Source: the human T2T-CHM13v2.0 reference genome, Homo sapiens
Assembly (NCBI RefSeq): GCF_009914755.1
Contig: NC_060933.1
Reading direction: 5' to 3' (one strand)
Length of the DNA: 64,000 bases
Positions 1-14,640 of this stretch are shown in pieces. Under the pieces are notes generated by a model that searched no databases, was not told the origin of the DNA, and saw nothing but the letters and a program-made list of their open reading frames with translations. The position numbers and the translations under genes are program-made. Position 1 is the stretch's first letter. Every line of letters starts with the position of its first letter.

Positions 1-356
1 AACATTACTGAACTACAGCTCTAAAAGTATAGAAATGTCACAGTACCCACCAAATCATGTAGTCATCCAACAGAAATCACTCAGTCTTTTCTTAGCATCT
101 GTTCTTCTGAACTTCTCCCTCATTTTTATAGGCTTTGATCAAAAAAGCATTCATGAATACAATTTTTATTTTCAAGTAGACATTTATAAATCTTCCTAAA
201 TTTATTCAATGAAAATAAGATTAATTCAATTTTGCCCACCAAAATGAAAGAAAATCAAGTATTAAAGAACATTAACTTCACAACATACTTCAAATACTGA
301 TTAATATTCTTGTTCTTTCTTTATGAAACTGCCAGATAAATTACCTGAAATGGAAA

Positions 357-760
357 TGCTGTAGTCCCAGCTACTGGGGAGACCGAGGCAGGAGAATCGC
401 TTGAACCCAGGAGGCAGAGGCTCAATACAGCTCAATCCAATTTTATCTGAAATTCAAACTTAATTTGGACATCTGTTATTTTATCTAACAATCCTACTAT
501 GTACATGCTAGCTTAGAAATAACAACATACAAAATCATTTTAGCTTTCACGCTTCCTGTGAAACTTTAATATAATGAGAGAGCTGCCTAATCCAGCCTCC
601 GCTGGATACATTAGGCTTCCTAATATAGCCTCCGCCTCCTGGGTTCAAGCGATTCTCCTGCCTCAGTCTCCCCAGTAGCCTGAGATCGAGCCACCACACT
701 CCAGCCTGGGCAACAGAGCAAGAGTCTGTCTCGGAAAACAAAAAGAAAAGAAAAGAAAAT
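357..760 (+). mobile_element. Rearranged Alu right arm containing an inverted duplication and ~205 bp of non-Alu sequence
   Basis: Forward Alu 357-422; reverse-complement copy 627-680; forward Alu 3' end and A-tail 681-760. Confidence 0.85.
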
Positions 761-1234
761 GCAGGGAAGGTCAAGGGAGTAGAAAAGGACTCAAATTCTG
801 TCATTCACTGATTCTGCAAATACACATGGGGCACTTACATGACTAGCATGTTGTCTAGTAGCAGCATTGGAGAAATGATGATACAACCTGGGAACTCACG
901 TACAAGTGAATGAAAGGAAAAGAAATGAACAATTAAAATACAAGAACACAAAGGAGGGTCACCCAAGCTTAACTGAGAAGTCAGGGAAACTTCCTGGAGT
1001 CACAGACCCCTGCACAGAGTCTTAAAGAATAGGTGGGGGAGAAGGTCTGATGAAAGAGCTCCCCACATAAATGCAAGAGTGCATGGTACCTTCTGAGCAC
1101 TGCATGTAGTTTCTTATATAGTAACCTGGATTGGGGCTGAGGAAAAAGGAGAGACGGAGAAGATGAGCCTGGAGATGTGAGTAAAGGCTGAATTACTGAG
1201 GGTCCTCCATACTACTCTTAAAAAGTTTAGATTT

Positions 1235-1539
<305 letters not shown>

Positions 1540-1917
1540 ATTAAAGAGTTTAGATTTAATTAGAAGTTTATTTTGGCAAAGTGATCTTTAGAAAGATCAC
1601 TCTGGCAATGGTATGGAGGACATACAAAAATCAAGAGAAGCTATGGATAAAGAAGCCAGGTAAGAGGCATTTTCAAAACTAGAGAAGAAAAGGAAAATAA
1701 AGGAAAATGGGAGCTAGATTAATATTAGTTAAGAGATGTAAGTACTGTGACATGGTAATATGGAGGTAAGGAAGATGGGTTTAGGATAAATCCCACCTTT
1801 CCGGGCTTTGGTTACTGATGGATGGTAATACTACAAGGAGCATGTCAGTGTTGTGACTATTCTAGAAATGTCTGCCCTAATAGAGTTTGAATAGCTGAGT
1901 ATAGTACCTTACGATGT

Positions 1918-2302
1918 TGCTATGGAATGAACTGTGTTGCCCAAAATTCCTATGTTGAAGCCCTAACTCCAGTGTGACTGATTTTGGAAACAGGTCTTTT
2001 AGGAAACAGTTAACGTTAAATGAGGATATAAGGGTGGGGTTCTGATCCAATAGAATTGGTGGTCTTCTAGAAAGAGGAAGAGAGGAAAATCTGTCTCACT
2101 GTCTATGTGCAAGCACTGAGGAAAGGCCACATGAGCACACAAGAAGGTAGCCACCTGCGAGCCACAGACAAAACCCTCATCAGAAGCAGAACCCTACCAG
2201 ACCTTGATCTTAGACCTTTCAACCTCCAATACCATGAAAATAAATTTCTATGGTTTACACCTTTCTAAACAATTTGTTATGGCAGCCCAAGCTGACAAAT
2301 AC
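1918..2302 (+). mobile_element. MaLR solo LTR (MLT1A/MSTD-like)
   Basis: Starts tgctatgg...tgtgttgcccaaaattcctatgttgaagccctaa; ends gttatggcagcccaagctgacaaataca. Confidence 0.8.
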
Positions 2303-3145
2303 AGAATTCAACCATTCCGCAGGCCCTCCTCCAAGGACTATGCTATCATGTACTATGCTTCGCCCCTTTCTTCCAACCATAACCAAGGGAACCAGGGCTG
2401 GGCTCCCTAATTCAAGGGAAGCCAATCTAAGTGCTGACATGAAAAACATGAATGGACTACAGTGTCTCTTAAGAACTTAAGAAATATTGAGAGAATAAGT
2501 CAATTAATGGTAGAACAAGAGTTGAGAAGATAGAAGGTGGCTGAGTAAGGGATGAAGAAGCTAAAATGGGGTACACACAAGCCAGAGTTATGAGACAGCA
2601 AAAACAAGTCAGTTGATAGAGACAGAATACAGCCGACATTAAGAGAGGCAGGCATTCCTTGGGAGATGCAACACAGCCAATAAGAGGAAAATAGAGTAAC
2701 TGGTCCCTACAGATGCACAATCACTGATCTCCATTTTTACAATGAACTCCATTTTGCCAGAGGTATGTTGTATGAAGCTCTGTTTGCTCCATTTAAACAC
2801 ACCTATTTGTTCAAACACAGTCTGCTTTGGTATGGTACCATATCATTACATCCAAAAAAAAAACCCTCTCAAATACCCTTGCTTACGAAATACCCTTGTT
2901 CCTTTATTTCATTTGTACACTGTACTTCTAATAAACATTTGAGGGAGCAAAGACAATTTTAGTAGGACCACTAAATAATTAATAATCCTACAGGAGAGAT
3001 AGTTACATCAGAAAAACAAAGGGCAGGGAAGCTCCTACACTTGATGGGTGAATATAACACTATAAAGTTCTGTTTTGCTCAGAGCCTGAGAAAAGCCATA
3101 AGCTGCCACCAAATAAAACATAAATCCACTGTTAAAACAAAGGTA

Positions 3146-3873
<728 letters not shown>

Positions 3874-5667
3874 GAGTTCTCTTCATAGGAGGATAGAAAT
3901 GTTCTTTCTTCAAACTCTACTAGAAAAATTCAGCCAAGTATACACGTTAAAACTTTAATGTACCACTAAAAAAACAGAAATAGAGTCTATATAATATATA
4001 CACCAAGATGAAAAAAAGATGAACAAAAAATACTCTAGCAATCTAAAAGAGGTTAGGAATGAGAAAAAAAGGAAAAAGGAGAAGCCATAGTAAACAAAAA
4101 ACACAAAACAAGGGCAACAAAATAAATTCAGATATCCATATTCACAATAAACACAAGTGGGTTAGACTCATTTTTTAAAGAACAGACTCAGAGTCCAAAT
4201 CTCAATAATGAAATGGAGATTTACAGAATAAGTAGTTTATTTATATTTTTTAAATATAAAAAATAGTATATGGGCCACATAAAAATATGTATATACATAC
4301 TTTCATCGTATTCAACAATGGATTAAAAGGACACATTCTAAAATGACAGCAGTTAGGAGTGGACAAATGGAAGGAGTAGCCGCATACGGGGGGACTCAAT
4401 GGGGGAATTTAGCTTTCTCTTTTTTTTGTGTAAGGAAACTGTATTTTTATAATGGTTTTAAATTATGCATGTAAAAAGCAGCTGGGTTGAAATATTTATG
4501 CATAAAATGATATAATGTCCACAATTTGCTTCAAAAACTTCCAGGAAAGGGACAAGGGAAATGTCTGAGACAAGAGAAGAAACAAGACTGACCATGAACT
4601 AGTAGTTGTTAAAACAGAATGATGGATATATGAGGATTCACTGCATTTATGTACATTTGAAATTTTTCATAATAACTATTACAAAAATAAGGCAGCCGAT
4701 ATGTGAAAATGTTAACAATATCTAGTTTTAGAGGCTAGGACTAGAGATGATTAGTGCAATATTTTTCAAATCCTCCTTATCCTTGTTTGGCAAAAAAAAA
4801 AAAAAAAAGATTTCGCCTAAAACTATAATACTAACTTATTCGGGAAAAAATAATGTTAACATTGGTAAATTCTCCCAGAACAATAATTTATTCAGCTAGA
4901 CTACCTAATTCCAGCAAAACTAAAGGAAATATTATGAAAACATTTCTTCAAAATATATCTCATAAAGAATCATTTTCAGTTTTACTATTAAAAACGAAGC
5001 TTTATTCTCATTTTCTGATGCTACTCTGCTTCTAATTTTACCAAGCTGTTTGAGATACAGGCCTTAGAAGCAGATACTTATGGCCCTGGATTAGTCAACT
5101 TCTCATCAGAGAGCAGGAGGGCAGGAAGTGATGAACAACTATTGCTGTTTTACTTTGAACATACGTTCAAAAACCCCACCTTTGTGAATTATGGGGGATC
5201 CCAAGACAGTATAAATATAAACCTGTTTCAGTTTAAATAAAACTTATATATCTTCTATGAATATTCAAATGACAATAAAATGAACAGTTAGTCACACAAT
5301 ATATATAAGCTAATACTAAATTATGGAAAAGAGGCATGTTAATCCACAATTATATAAACATACACAGATCAAAATCACTACATTGACCAAGAATCCACAT
5401 ACTTTAAGAAAGTTTGGTGAAAATAGTATAGTATCATACCTTTTCCTATTAATTTTCTAATGGAGGGAGTGAAGCCTACTGAAAATGAAAATATATATAA
5501 TATGGAAATTGAAGTATTTTATTACTTACAAGTATTCTTATATAACAAATGTATTTATACCAAAAAACATGTTCATTACATTTGCTTTGGCTTTTGAAAG
5601 TTATTTTTATTTTTAAGATGGTTGGTCTGAGGCAAAATGATCTTTCAAACAGTATATACATTCTTAC

Positions 5668-5683
5668 TTTACCTGCAGATTTC
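5668..5683 (-). other. Candidate 11- or 16-nt microexon of the minus-strand gene
   Basis: Minus strand reads tgtgttttag|GAAATCTGCAG|GTAAA|gtaaga: one acceptor followed by two overlapping donors. Confidence 0.25.
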
Positions 5684-6698
5684 CTAAAACACATAGATAC
5701 ACAACTTTTATAAAGAATATTAGCAGATTCATATCCACTTCCAGAATTATATATATTTTATGATACTTTGAGTTAAATACCCTTATTTACTGCTTACGCT
5801 CGACTATAAAGTTAATTTTAAAGTTGAAAGGAGCGTCAAAAAACATATAGGTCAGAGAGAAGCTAAAGCTCACTGAGGTTTGATTACATAACAAATCAGT
5901 GGTGTGTCTGGGATCAGAACCCTGGACTGCTGGACTAACTCAACCGACCCTCTGAAAGGTCTGACTTTCCTTTTCTAAAAATGTTTAAACCAATCGTTTA
6001 TAGCCCATTGCATTATATTTATTTCCTTCCCCATTAACCCTCACCCATAATTTAAAAAAAAAAAAAAAAAGAGTCCAAAATACACATTAGGGAACTATGG
6101 ATTCTAACACCTTCTCTCTGAACATCCATTTTACATACTTTTCATTCATAATGTTCCTTAATGTATCTCTATTGGACAGGGGACCCTCCCCTCAAACTGT
6201 TAACTCACACCAAACATGGTGACTGAGGGGAAAGATTTAAGTTCTGAGAATTAAGATTTGGCCTCTTCTGTTCTCTCACTCCTTAGTTAGACCCAAAGGA
6301 ATGCAGGTTGTTGGGCAGATTGCCCCTATTTGTACCACATTTTCAGTGTTAAGGGCCAAGACACAAGATGCCAGGCATATTTCTTGCATAGAACCAGGCA
6401 GGGGGATTCTTCCAAGAGCTGCCCTTGCAGGTGAACACAACAATGTGTCAATGCCAAACTCCAGAGGCTGCCCATAAAGCACTCACTGTAGCCACATTAT
6501 TTTCTTGGGGGAAATCTAAAACATGCAGAAGACTTAACTTTGTGCCACAGAATTCTTCAGTGCAGTTCCTACACTGGCAACAAATTCTCCAGGGAAATTA
6601 CTTCAGGCTCTTACCTCCTGCTCTTTTGCCTGCCTGGAATGAGGCAATTCAATGAGCCCAGGTCGACTGTGTCCTGGGCAGGTCGACCGTGCATTTGG

Positions 6699-6988
<290 letters not shown>

Positions 6989-9548
6989 GCATTTGGTACT
7001 CAAAAGCATACCCATGGGACCCAGAAATATAGTTGGCAGCTGGTCTCTGTTAGAACCTACCAACTGCTGTCGGAGGTGATAGTACAAAACATGTCTGCCA
7101 TTTCTCAGCTGCCCTCTCAGGGACAGGATTTTCATTGACTTTGTGAGATCTCGATGACACTGGGGCAGAACAATAGGTGGCTTGTCAGTTGTGACTGAGT
7201 GGCTCCTCAGGGGAAAGTGTTAAAGGATGGAGACGATATTTCCAATACAGACAAAACTGTGGAACTAGGAGGTAGGAGAGAAGACCATAGTATTACAATC
7301 ATGCTGCTTCAACATACCTCCCCATCCAACTTCAGGTTTATATATTCTCCCAAGATCATTTTCTAGGACTTTCCCAACTCTTAAAATAACTCTACTTCCA
7401 CAATTTCTCTATTACCATTTCAAATGGCTTCTCCCGTCCTGGAATCTTTTCTACAAAAATTATGAAGAGTGTTGTATATTGCATAAACTCCTTAGGTATC
7501 ACTGAGCTATAAGTACTATACATAATTAGATATTTTTATCCTTCCCCAACCATCAGCGCCTCCTAAATTCAGTCAGTGGCTTTCATGATTTCCCTTTGCT
7601 GAATGTGGACAGGAACAAAGTTTACAAACTTCACTCAGGAAAGAGCAGGCTCAAATTTCTCATCGGAAGTCCTCTGGGAAGAAAACAGCATTTTGGAATA
7701 ATATTTAATGTGGTTGTTTTTCTCTCCTGTACTGTGCTTGTGGTGACTAGTGGTTTGACTCCTGTTGGTTTAGTTCCAACTCTGCACGGAGAAGTACCAC
7801 AGATGCATGTACTGAGAAGGGCTTGTGAACAATCACATTCTCTTTCTCCTTCTCTTGGCCCATTCTTTGCAATACTTTTGGTGGAGTATTTAGCAATTCA
7901 GAACCCTTAAATTCAGCAGACAGAAGAAATCAACAATTTTTTTTCAATTATCAATCTTAATTATTTGAAGATGTAAGAAAATTTTGTAAGCTTTTACTCT
8001 TTCCAAACACATAACTTGTTAAGACCACATTTAATAGATTCAGTAGAGAGTCAAAGAAAATACTATAACTTTTCCAAGGCTCCCTAACTCAGACCTTTTA
8101 TTAAGCAATCATATTTCTTCAGCCATTATTATGTGGGGTACTGAAAAGTCTATATAATGAAATGTCAATAACTATCTGAATAGTTTCATGCAAAAGTAAT
8201 CTCATTCAGCTACTCAAGGATTTGGGGGCAGAGAAAGAGAAGGAGGAGGAAGGAATTAAGAAGGACAAAGGCTTAAAAGCCTTAATTAGAGGGATGTCTA
8301 CCCTGACTAGAGTCGCTAAGTAACAAACTAACTTTCCATATCATTTCGCTGATGTAAAAAGGCAACTTTATTCCTCAGGAATATACCCACCACCAAATAC
8401 TCCAAGAGGCAAAACTTTCCAAATATATATTCATCACTGGAATGTCTAAAATGTAGGCTTGGTTGCAATACACAATTTAAAGCAACAATCTATTATTTGG
8501 GGTTCTTAAAAATGCTATTCAATAACAACTAATAATAAAATTGCATTTAAGAATTGACTGCTATCGCATGTTATAATAATGACTTTCCCAGAAAATAAAA
8601 TAGGCTACATAAGTAAATTTTTTAGGCAATGAAATTGGCGTCAGTTTTACTGTTTGAAATGAAACGATTTGTTTATAATAGCTTCCAAATATCCCTGTTT
8701 TCTTAAACAAAACCTATGTCCTTTACAAATATGCATTTCCTTTAATCCTACCAAGAGCTCCATACTTTATACCCTCATTTTCAGACAAGAAAATTGAGGT
8801 TCAGAAAGATAGTGTTTTCTCCTTCATGAAGCTTTTAAGTAATAGAGCTGTCTTACCTATGCTGTAAAGTACAGAGCTTTATGATATCTTCTTTTCCATT
8901 GCTGAAAATTATGTGTACTTTTTACACTACTCAGGATCCCAAGACACACCCCATAGTACTTCCAAGAAGCAGAAATGAATTTGAAAATTGCAAACTACAA
9001 AATTCAGCTTATTCAAAGTAATGACACTTAAAAGTATCAATTTATCTGAGAAAAGACATGGAGAAGAATGTGTTTGATGTATGGCAAGACACAAGTAACA
9101 GGGGAGGAAAGGAAGAAGAAATAATTGAGGAAGCTGAAAGGGAGAAGGGATGGAAAGATGGAATGGCACTGAGATGATTTGGAAAACTCTCAGAAAACTC
9201 CTTAGCATTCACCAGGCTAACAGAATATAGAGCAAAGTGGTGCTGACTGAGGTTACAGACGCACAGGAAGAACTGTCATTTCTCCCACCAAAGTGAAATC
9301 TGATCTCAAAGGAAGAACTTCAGCTCCCTTTTCCTTCACGCACAAAGTAGCAAAACACAGAGTCATTAAGTCTGAGTCACTTTCCTTGTGACTCAGTTGT
9401 CAAAATCCTGTAAGATAAGGTATTCAAAAGTGTTTGGAAATGGGAAGAAGCATGGAAGCATTAGACATTTATTATTAGCAACAGTATTAGCATCAGAATG
9501 GCTAATTAATCATGTTTCAATTTTAAAAAATGAACAGCAAAAGGAAAA

Positions 9549-9589
9549 TTATATATATATATATATACACACATAGAGAGAGAGAGATC
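9549..9589. repeat. Compound (TA)n(CA)n(GA)n microsatellite
   Basis: ttatatatatatatatacacacatagagagagagaga. Confidence 0.85.
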
Positions 9590-11824
9590 TAGATATACAG
9601 ATGGTACTTATAATACATCCCAAAAAACCACACCAATTCATCAAGTATTAAGTGAGCACTTACATATTCCTAGCCATGTGTATAGGAAGATTTAGCATGT
9701 GTATAGAAAGATTTAGCATGAAGGTACTTGCATAGGATCCTTCAATTCTTATTCAAATAAATTTTTTATATCTAATTTTGTATTTATAATTTTCTATTAT
9801 TTTTCAGACAACCACCCCAAATTCCATATACTTCAGGCCCCCAAGTCTTTATCCACCTCTGTCACTGAAGCATATGACAAAAGAAGAATGAGGATAACTA
9901 TCTAACTTCTGAGCTCCCAATTTAGTGGAAAACGGTAAGTAATTATACGGCAACGTGATAGGTAAAGTTCCGAGTACAGAGGAATTCAATACTGCCAACG
10001 TGAGTCAGAAAGAATTTGTAAGAGATATGACACATGAATCATCTCGAAGTATGAGCCGATAAGGAGAGTGTGGAGGAGAGCAGTAAAGGGAAAGGCATTT
10101 CTCACTAAGGGAAGGACATCTGCTAAGGCAACAAAACCATAAAGAACCCAGATAATTTGATGACAGTGAGGCTGCAGTACTTGGGTCCAGAATGACAGGA
10201 GCTAGGAAGGTAATGTTTCCATGGCCTCACTGGGGCTTTGCCCTGCAGGCATGCTGGACCATGCAGGGACATTGGGGAGGGAGTTTGGAGGGTACAGGGA
10301 TTACAGGGATAGAGAAAATTTATTTTCTGATAAAACAATTCTTGCAATAGTGTAAATATTCCACCAAAGAGGGAAAAGAACTAATGATAATACAACCAGA
10401 TGTTAGGTTGTTAAAAAAACCTCATAGAAAAAGATGAGAGCCTAGATGAAGGTAATGGCAAGAAAAAAAAGAAAAGATACAGACTCATTCATTAGAGGCA
10501 ATCAAAAGGACTCAGTGACCAGTTGGTAACTGTTAGGGCCAGGAGGGGTGAATGAGTGAGACAAACAGAGGTCAACTCTCCCAGTGATTTTAATCTGGGA
10601 AACTAGAACTATCAGGACATCATTTAGCCAAAAGAACAGCAGAAAGATAAATATATGGTTTTAGAGGAAAGAGAAATATGGTTATATTCCTTTTGGACAT
10701 ACTGAGTTTGAAATGCCTCTAGAAAACAGGAAATAATTGAATTTTAATTTCATGAAGGTAGGAAGTTTTGTGTTGCTGTTGTTTCCTTTTTCTCTCAGGG
10801 CTATATCCCCAGCACCAGAAGTAATGGCTGTGAGATAAATTAAAAATCCTAGTGGAATCAATAACATTCCTGCAAGCTCCAAGATGAAATAGTGTACATA
10901 TAGAGAGGAGCATATTATCTAAAAAAATAAAATTTGCCATGATCCTTTCTTATTCAGCTCCATACTAAACCAAAACAAATGTACCTCTAGTGCTTCTGTT
11001 AATTGAACATGCATACAAACAAGAAAAAAATAAAATCTGTTCACAATAAAAGAAGTATTTTTCATAATCTGTACCAAAGAATTCCTAGAGAGAACCCTGT
11101 AGTCCTCTGCCAGCAAAGAGATGTTACTGTCTAAATCTGCTGATAAGCTTGTCAGTCATTGGTAGTCCACACTGCTGAGAATACACTAAGAAAATTCAGC
11201 AAGAAATGACAATTTACATCTTGCTGGCAAGATTCCAGGTAGTTCAGATAAGGGAAAATTGCATGAAGAAATCCAAATTACTATGAACCTATCTGAACAC
11301 GTACCTTAGCCATATAAGATAAATAAGCATGCAGCAATTCGATCTCCTAATTACTAATTCACAGATAATGTAACAAGCTACACTATTTAGTTACCATATG
11401 TAATTCTATAGGATTCATTGGGGTTATCTTGACAAGTGATATTTTCTCCATGAAAGCATTTTAAAAGGGCTTATTCTTTCAATGAACGTGACTATTTGCT
11501 TCTTAATTAACTCATCTACTATTTAAATGCCTCCATTAACTGCTTTTTACTCTGGCACTCAAAAGACTAAACATTAATATTAAGAGCACAAACCAACTTT
11601 TACTTTCGTAATAATCCAGAAAGGACATCTGCTTTAAATGTTGTTTTATTTATTTTGTTCGTCACTTCAATTAAGTGATCAGAAGGTACAGACAATATAT
11701 AAACATTACAAATGACCCAAAAAAGGCTGAGTGGTTCCAGCCAACATAACAGGTTTTCATAACAGAATGAAGACATCTTATTTCTTGATTTCATCTGACC
11801 TTATAGCTTAGCTGCATGAGCTAA

Positions 11825-12152
11825 AGCTGTGTTGACCAACACAGTAGCCAGGAGCCACACTGAAACACACTACTGGGCACTTACACCTTGGCTAGTTCTA
11901 AAGGCAATATGATAAAAGACATGGGTAAAAGACATGGCATATTTTGGAGAGCTTTTTTTTTTTTTTAAGAAAGTAAAATATCTCAACAATGTTTACACTG
12001 ATTATATTTTGAAAGAATAATTTGAAGAAACTGGGTTAAACAAAATATATTATTAAAATTAATTTCACCTACTTCTGCTTTTTTCTTCACTGTGGCTACA
12101 GACAACTTAAAATTACATATGTGGCTCACATGATATTTCCATTGGCCAGAGC
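11825..12152. mobile_element. hAT-Charlie non-autonomous DNA transposon (MER3/MER33-like)
   Basis: Ends gctgtgttgaccaacacagtagcc and ttacatatgtggctcacatgatatttccattggccagagc resemble recalled MER3/MER33 termini. Confidence 0.6.
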
Positions 12153-12288
12153 TGATCTAGAATGATGCAGATCTTCCCCTCTCCAACTCCTGGGGTGTTT
12201 GATGATCTGAATTGTAACATATACAGAATGGCAATTATTTGAATAATTTCAGCACCAAATTACTCCTTTGTTATCCAATTCACTATAT
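11987..12288 (+). repeat. Left arm of ~300-bp inverted duplication (partner 14880-15176)
   Basis: Manual alignment with the reverse complement of 14880-15176: about 11 substitutions and one 5-nt indel. Confidence 0.95.
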
Positions 12289-12712
12289 GACTGTCATATA
12301 CATTTGTCACAGGAGTGACAGATCTATCAAACATGGTAAGAATTACAGAAAACATGCAAGTGGGTGAGGAATATTTAGCAAGCAGTCAAAATAAAGCATT
12401 GGGTTCAATACTGAAACTACTGTGCTGTGCTTAAACTCTTCATACGGTAGGATACAAAAGTTTATGGAAAGCCTCAATAATCTCCTGACTTTTTACTTAA
12501 TCATCTCCTATCTTTCAAAATTAAATATTTTTAAATCTTTTTTACAATTACCGGTAGTATTTTTTAAACTATTGACTTACATATTTTCTAGCTCCAACAT
12601 TTAAATAAGGGCCTTTAAATTTTCTATGTTATGTTTATCAAAATGGGGCATGAATTTAAGAAGACTGAGAAACACCATCAAATACAAAAGTCGGACTCAC
12701 ACAGTTGAATCC

Positions 12713-13102
12713 AAAGGGGATCAGAACATGCCACTCCAAAATATGCTACTTTGGCATCAGTATTATTTTGAACTGAAGGCAAATAGGAAACGGAAGACAG
12801 GAGCACTCTCTCCCCTGGCCCTTTCTGTGTAAAAGTAGAACACAAAATTCCCTTTGTAAATGTGACAGAAATGTCCGTTTGTAAAGATGATCATCTCTCC
12901 CTTACCAGTGAGAACAACTTTTATCATGAAAATGATGCAAAAACCCCAAATCTATCCTCTTCTTTGGGTCTCTTCTTTTCTGCGTAGCCCCCATGAATAT
13001 GAAATTAAAAACATCAATTAAATGTTAATCTGTGTTCTGTTAGTTTTAATTCACAGGCCTCACTTATAGAACCTCAAAGAGTAAAATTTTTCCTCCCTCA
13101 CA
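12713..13102 (+). mobile_element. ERV1 solo LTR, MER34/MER39 family
   Basis: aaggggatcagaacatgccactccaaaatatgctactttggcat start; ttttcctccctcaca end. Confidence 0.7.
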
Positions 13103-13175
13103 AAACCAAGAATGAATACGCACCATAAGACAACGGAAGTGCAGGAGAGTTCTAAATGACTTAAAAACTCTTTAA

Positions 13176-13563
13176 TGGTATATCCATGCAATGACTACTA
13201 CTCAGCAATGACCAGTACTGAACTATGAATACAGGCAACATGGATGAATCCCAAAATAATCACATAGTGAAAGAAGTCAGACAAAAGAGAACATACTGTA
13301 TGATTCCATGTATTTAAAGCTCTAGAGAACGCAAACTAATCTACAGTGACATAAAGCAAATGAGTAGTTTACTTGGAGATGGGAGGGGTGGGTAGAGGAA
13401 AGGATTACCAAGATGCATGAGGAAACTTTCGGGGGTGATGGATATGTTCACTATCTTGATTGTGGGGGATAGCTTCAAAACAGCCAAAATTCAACAAATT
13501 GTACACTCTCAATATGTGTAGTTTATTGTCAATTATGACTTATACCACAATAAAACAGTTAAA
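13176..13563 (+). mobile_element. Old L1M 3' end fragment
   Basis: tggtatatccatgcaatg...catactgtatgattccat...ggggtgatggatatgttcactatcttgattgtgg...aataaa. Confidence 0.8.
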
Positions 13564-13972
13564 CAATTATAACTTATACCACAATAAAACAGTTAAACAC
13601 TCCCTCCCACCTCCTTGAGAAAAGGATAGGGGCTGAATAGGTTGACTTTAGCATCCAACAGATGTTCACTGAACATCTTAATGAAGCTAGCTAGGGAGCA
13701 ATAACCCAGGCCCCAGGGCTATTTCTTCTCATTTTCCTCCCTCAGCCAAAGAGCTAAAAATACTTTGTGACTTAGTCTAACCCGATATATATTCAATAGA
13801 TTAAATCAGAATGAAGAGCCATTCCAATGCTATAGTTTTGTAAAACAGCATAGGATAACTGCATTTCCTAGCCCAGAAAACTGTGAATGTGATGGGAAAG
13901 GGTTGGAAGGGTCAGACAACACTCCACTGAATCATATCGATGAGGCCCCTGTAATCCCAAATTAGAAAATGA

Positions 13973-14128
13973 GGCCGAGCGTGGTGGCTCACTCCTGTAA
14001 TCCCAACACTTTTGGAGGCTGAGGCGGGGAGATCACCTGACCTGAGGTCAGGCGTTCAAGACCAGCCAGGCTAACATGGTGAAACTCTGTTCCTACTAAA
14101 AAAAAAAAAAAAAAAAAAGAAGAACAAA
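13973..14128 (+). mobile_element. Alu left monomer only, with its own poly(A) and TSD
   Basis: Left arm runs into poly(A); TSD agaaaatga at 13964-13972 and 14129-14137. Confidence 0.9.
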
Positions 14129-14286
14129 AGAAAATGAATGCTGTCCAGAAGTGGATTCAGGCCTGACTTATTAAAATGCAATACCCTGGGACACTTGTGG
14201 GGAGTGAGAAGCCGAGGAGGAAATACATAAGCTTTATGAAATTTACCCAGTAATGCCTTAGACAAAGCAAGACCTATTAAGGGGGC

Positions 14287-14640
14287 TGCTATGGTCTGAA
14301 TGTTTATATTCCCCCCAAATTCATATGTTGACATCCTAACCCCCAAAGTAATGGTATTAGGGGGTGGGGTCTTTGGGAGGCAATTAGATCACAAGGGCAG
14401 AGTTCTAATGAATGGGATTAGTGCCCTTATAAAATAGGTACCAGAGAGCAGCCTTGCCCCTTCCATACCATATGAAGACACAGCAACACGGCATCATCTA
14501 TGAGGCCCTCACCATTCACAGAATCTGCCAGTGCCTTGATCTGGTACTTCCCAGCCTCCAGAACTATGAGAAATAAATGTATGTTTATAAGGGACCCAGT
14601 GTTTGATATTTTGTTATAGCACCCGAAATGAACTAAAACA
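14287..14640 (+). mobile_element. MaLR solo LTR (MSTC/MSTD-like)
   Basis: tgctatggtctgaatgttt...atgaatgggattagtgcccttataaa...gttatagcacccgaaatgaactaaaaca. Confidence 0.8.

Noticed and set aside
7596-7910. 104-aa + strand ORF, or a minus-strand exon with acceptor near 7905
   Set aside because: Non-ATG start, no family similarity, minus frame closes after ~52 codons, no convincing donor
9676-9720. 21-bp tandem duplication
   Set aside because: Routine slippage duplication in degraded repeat sequence
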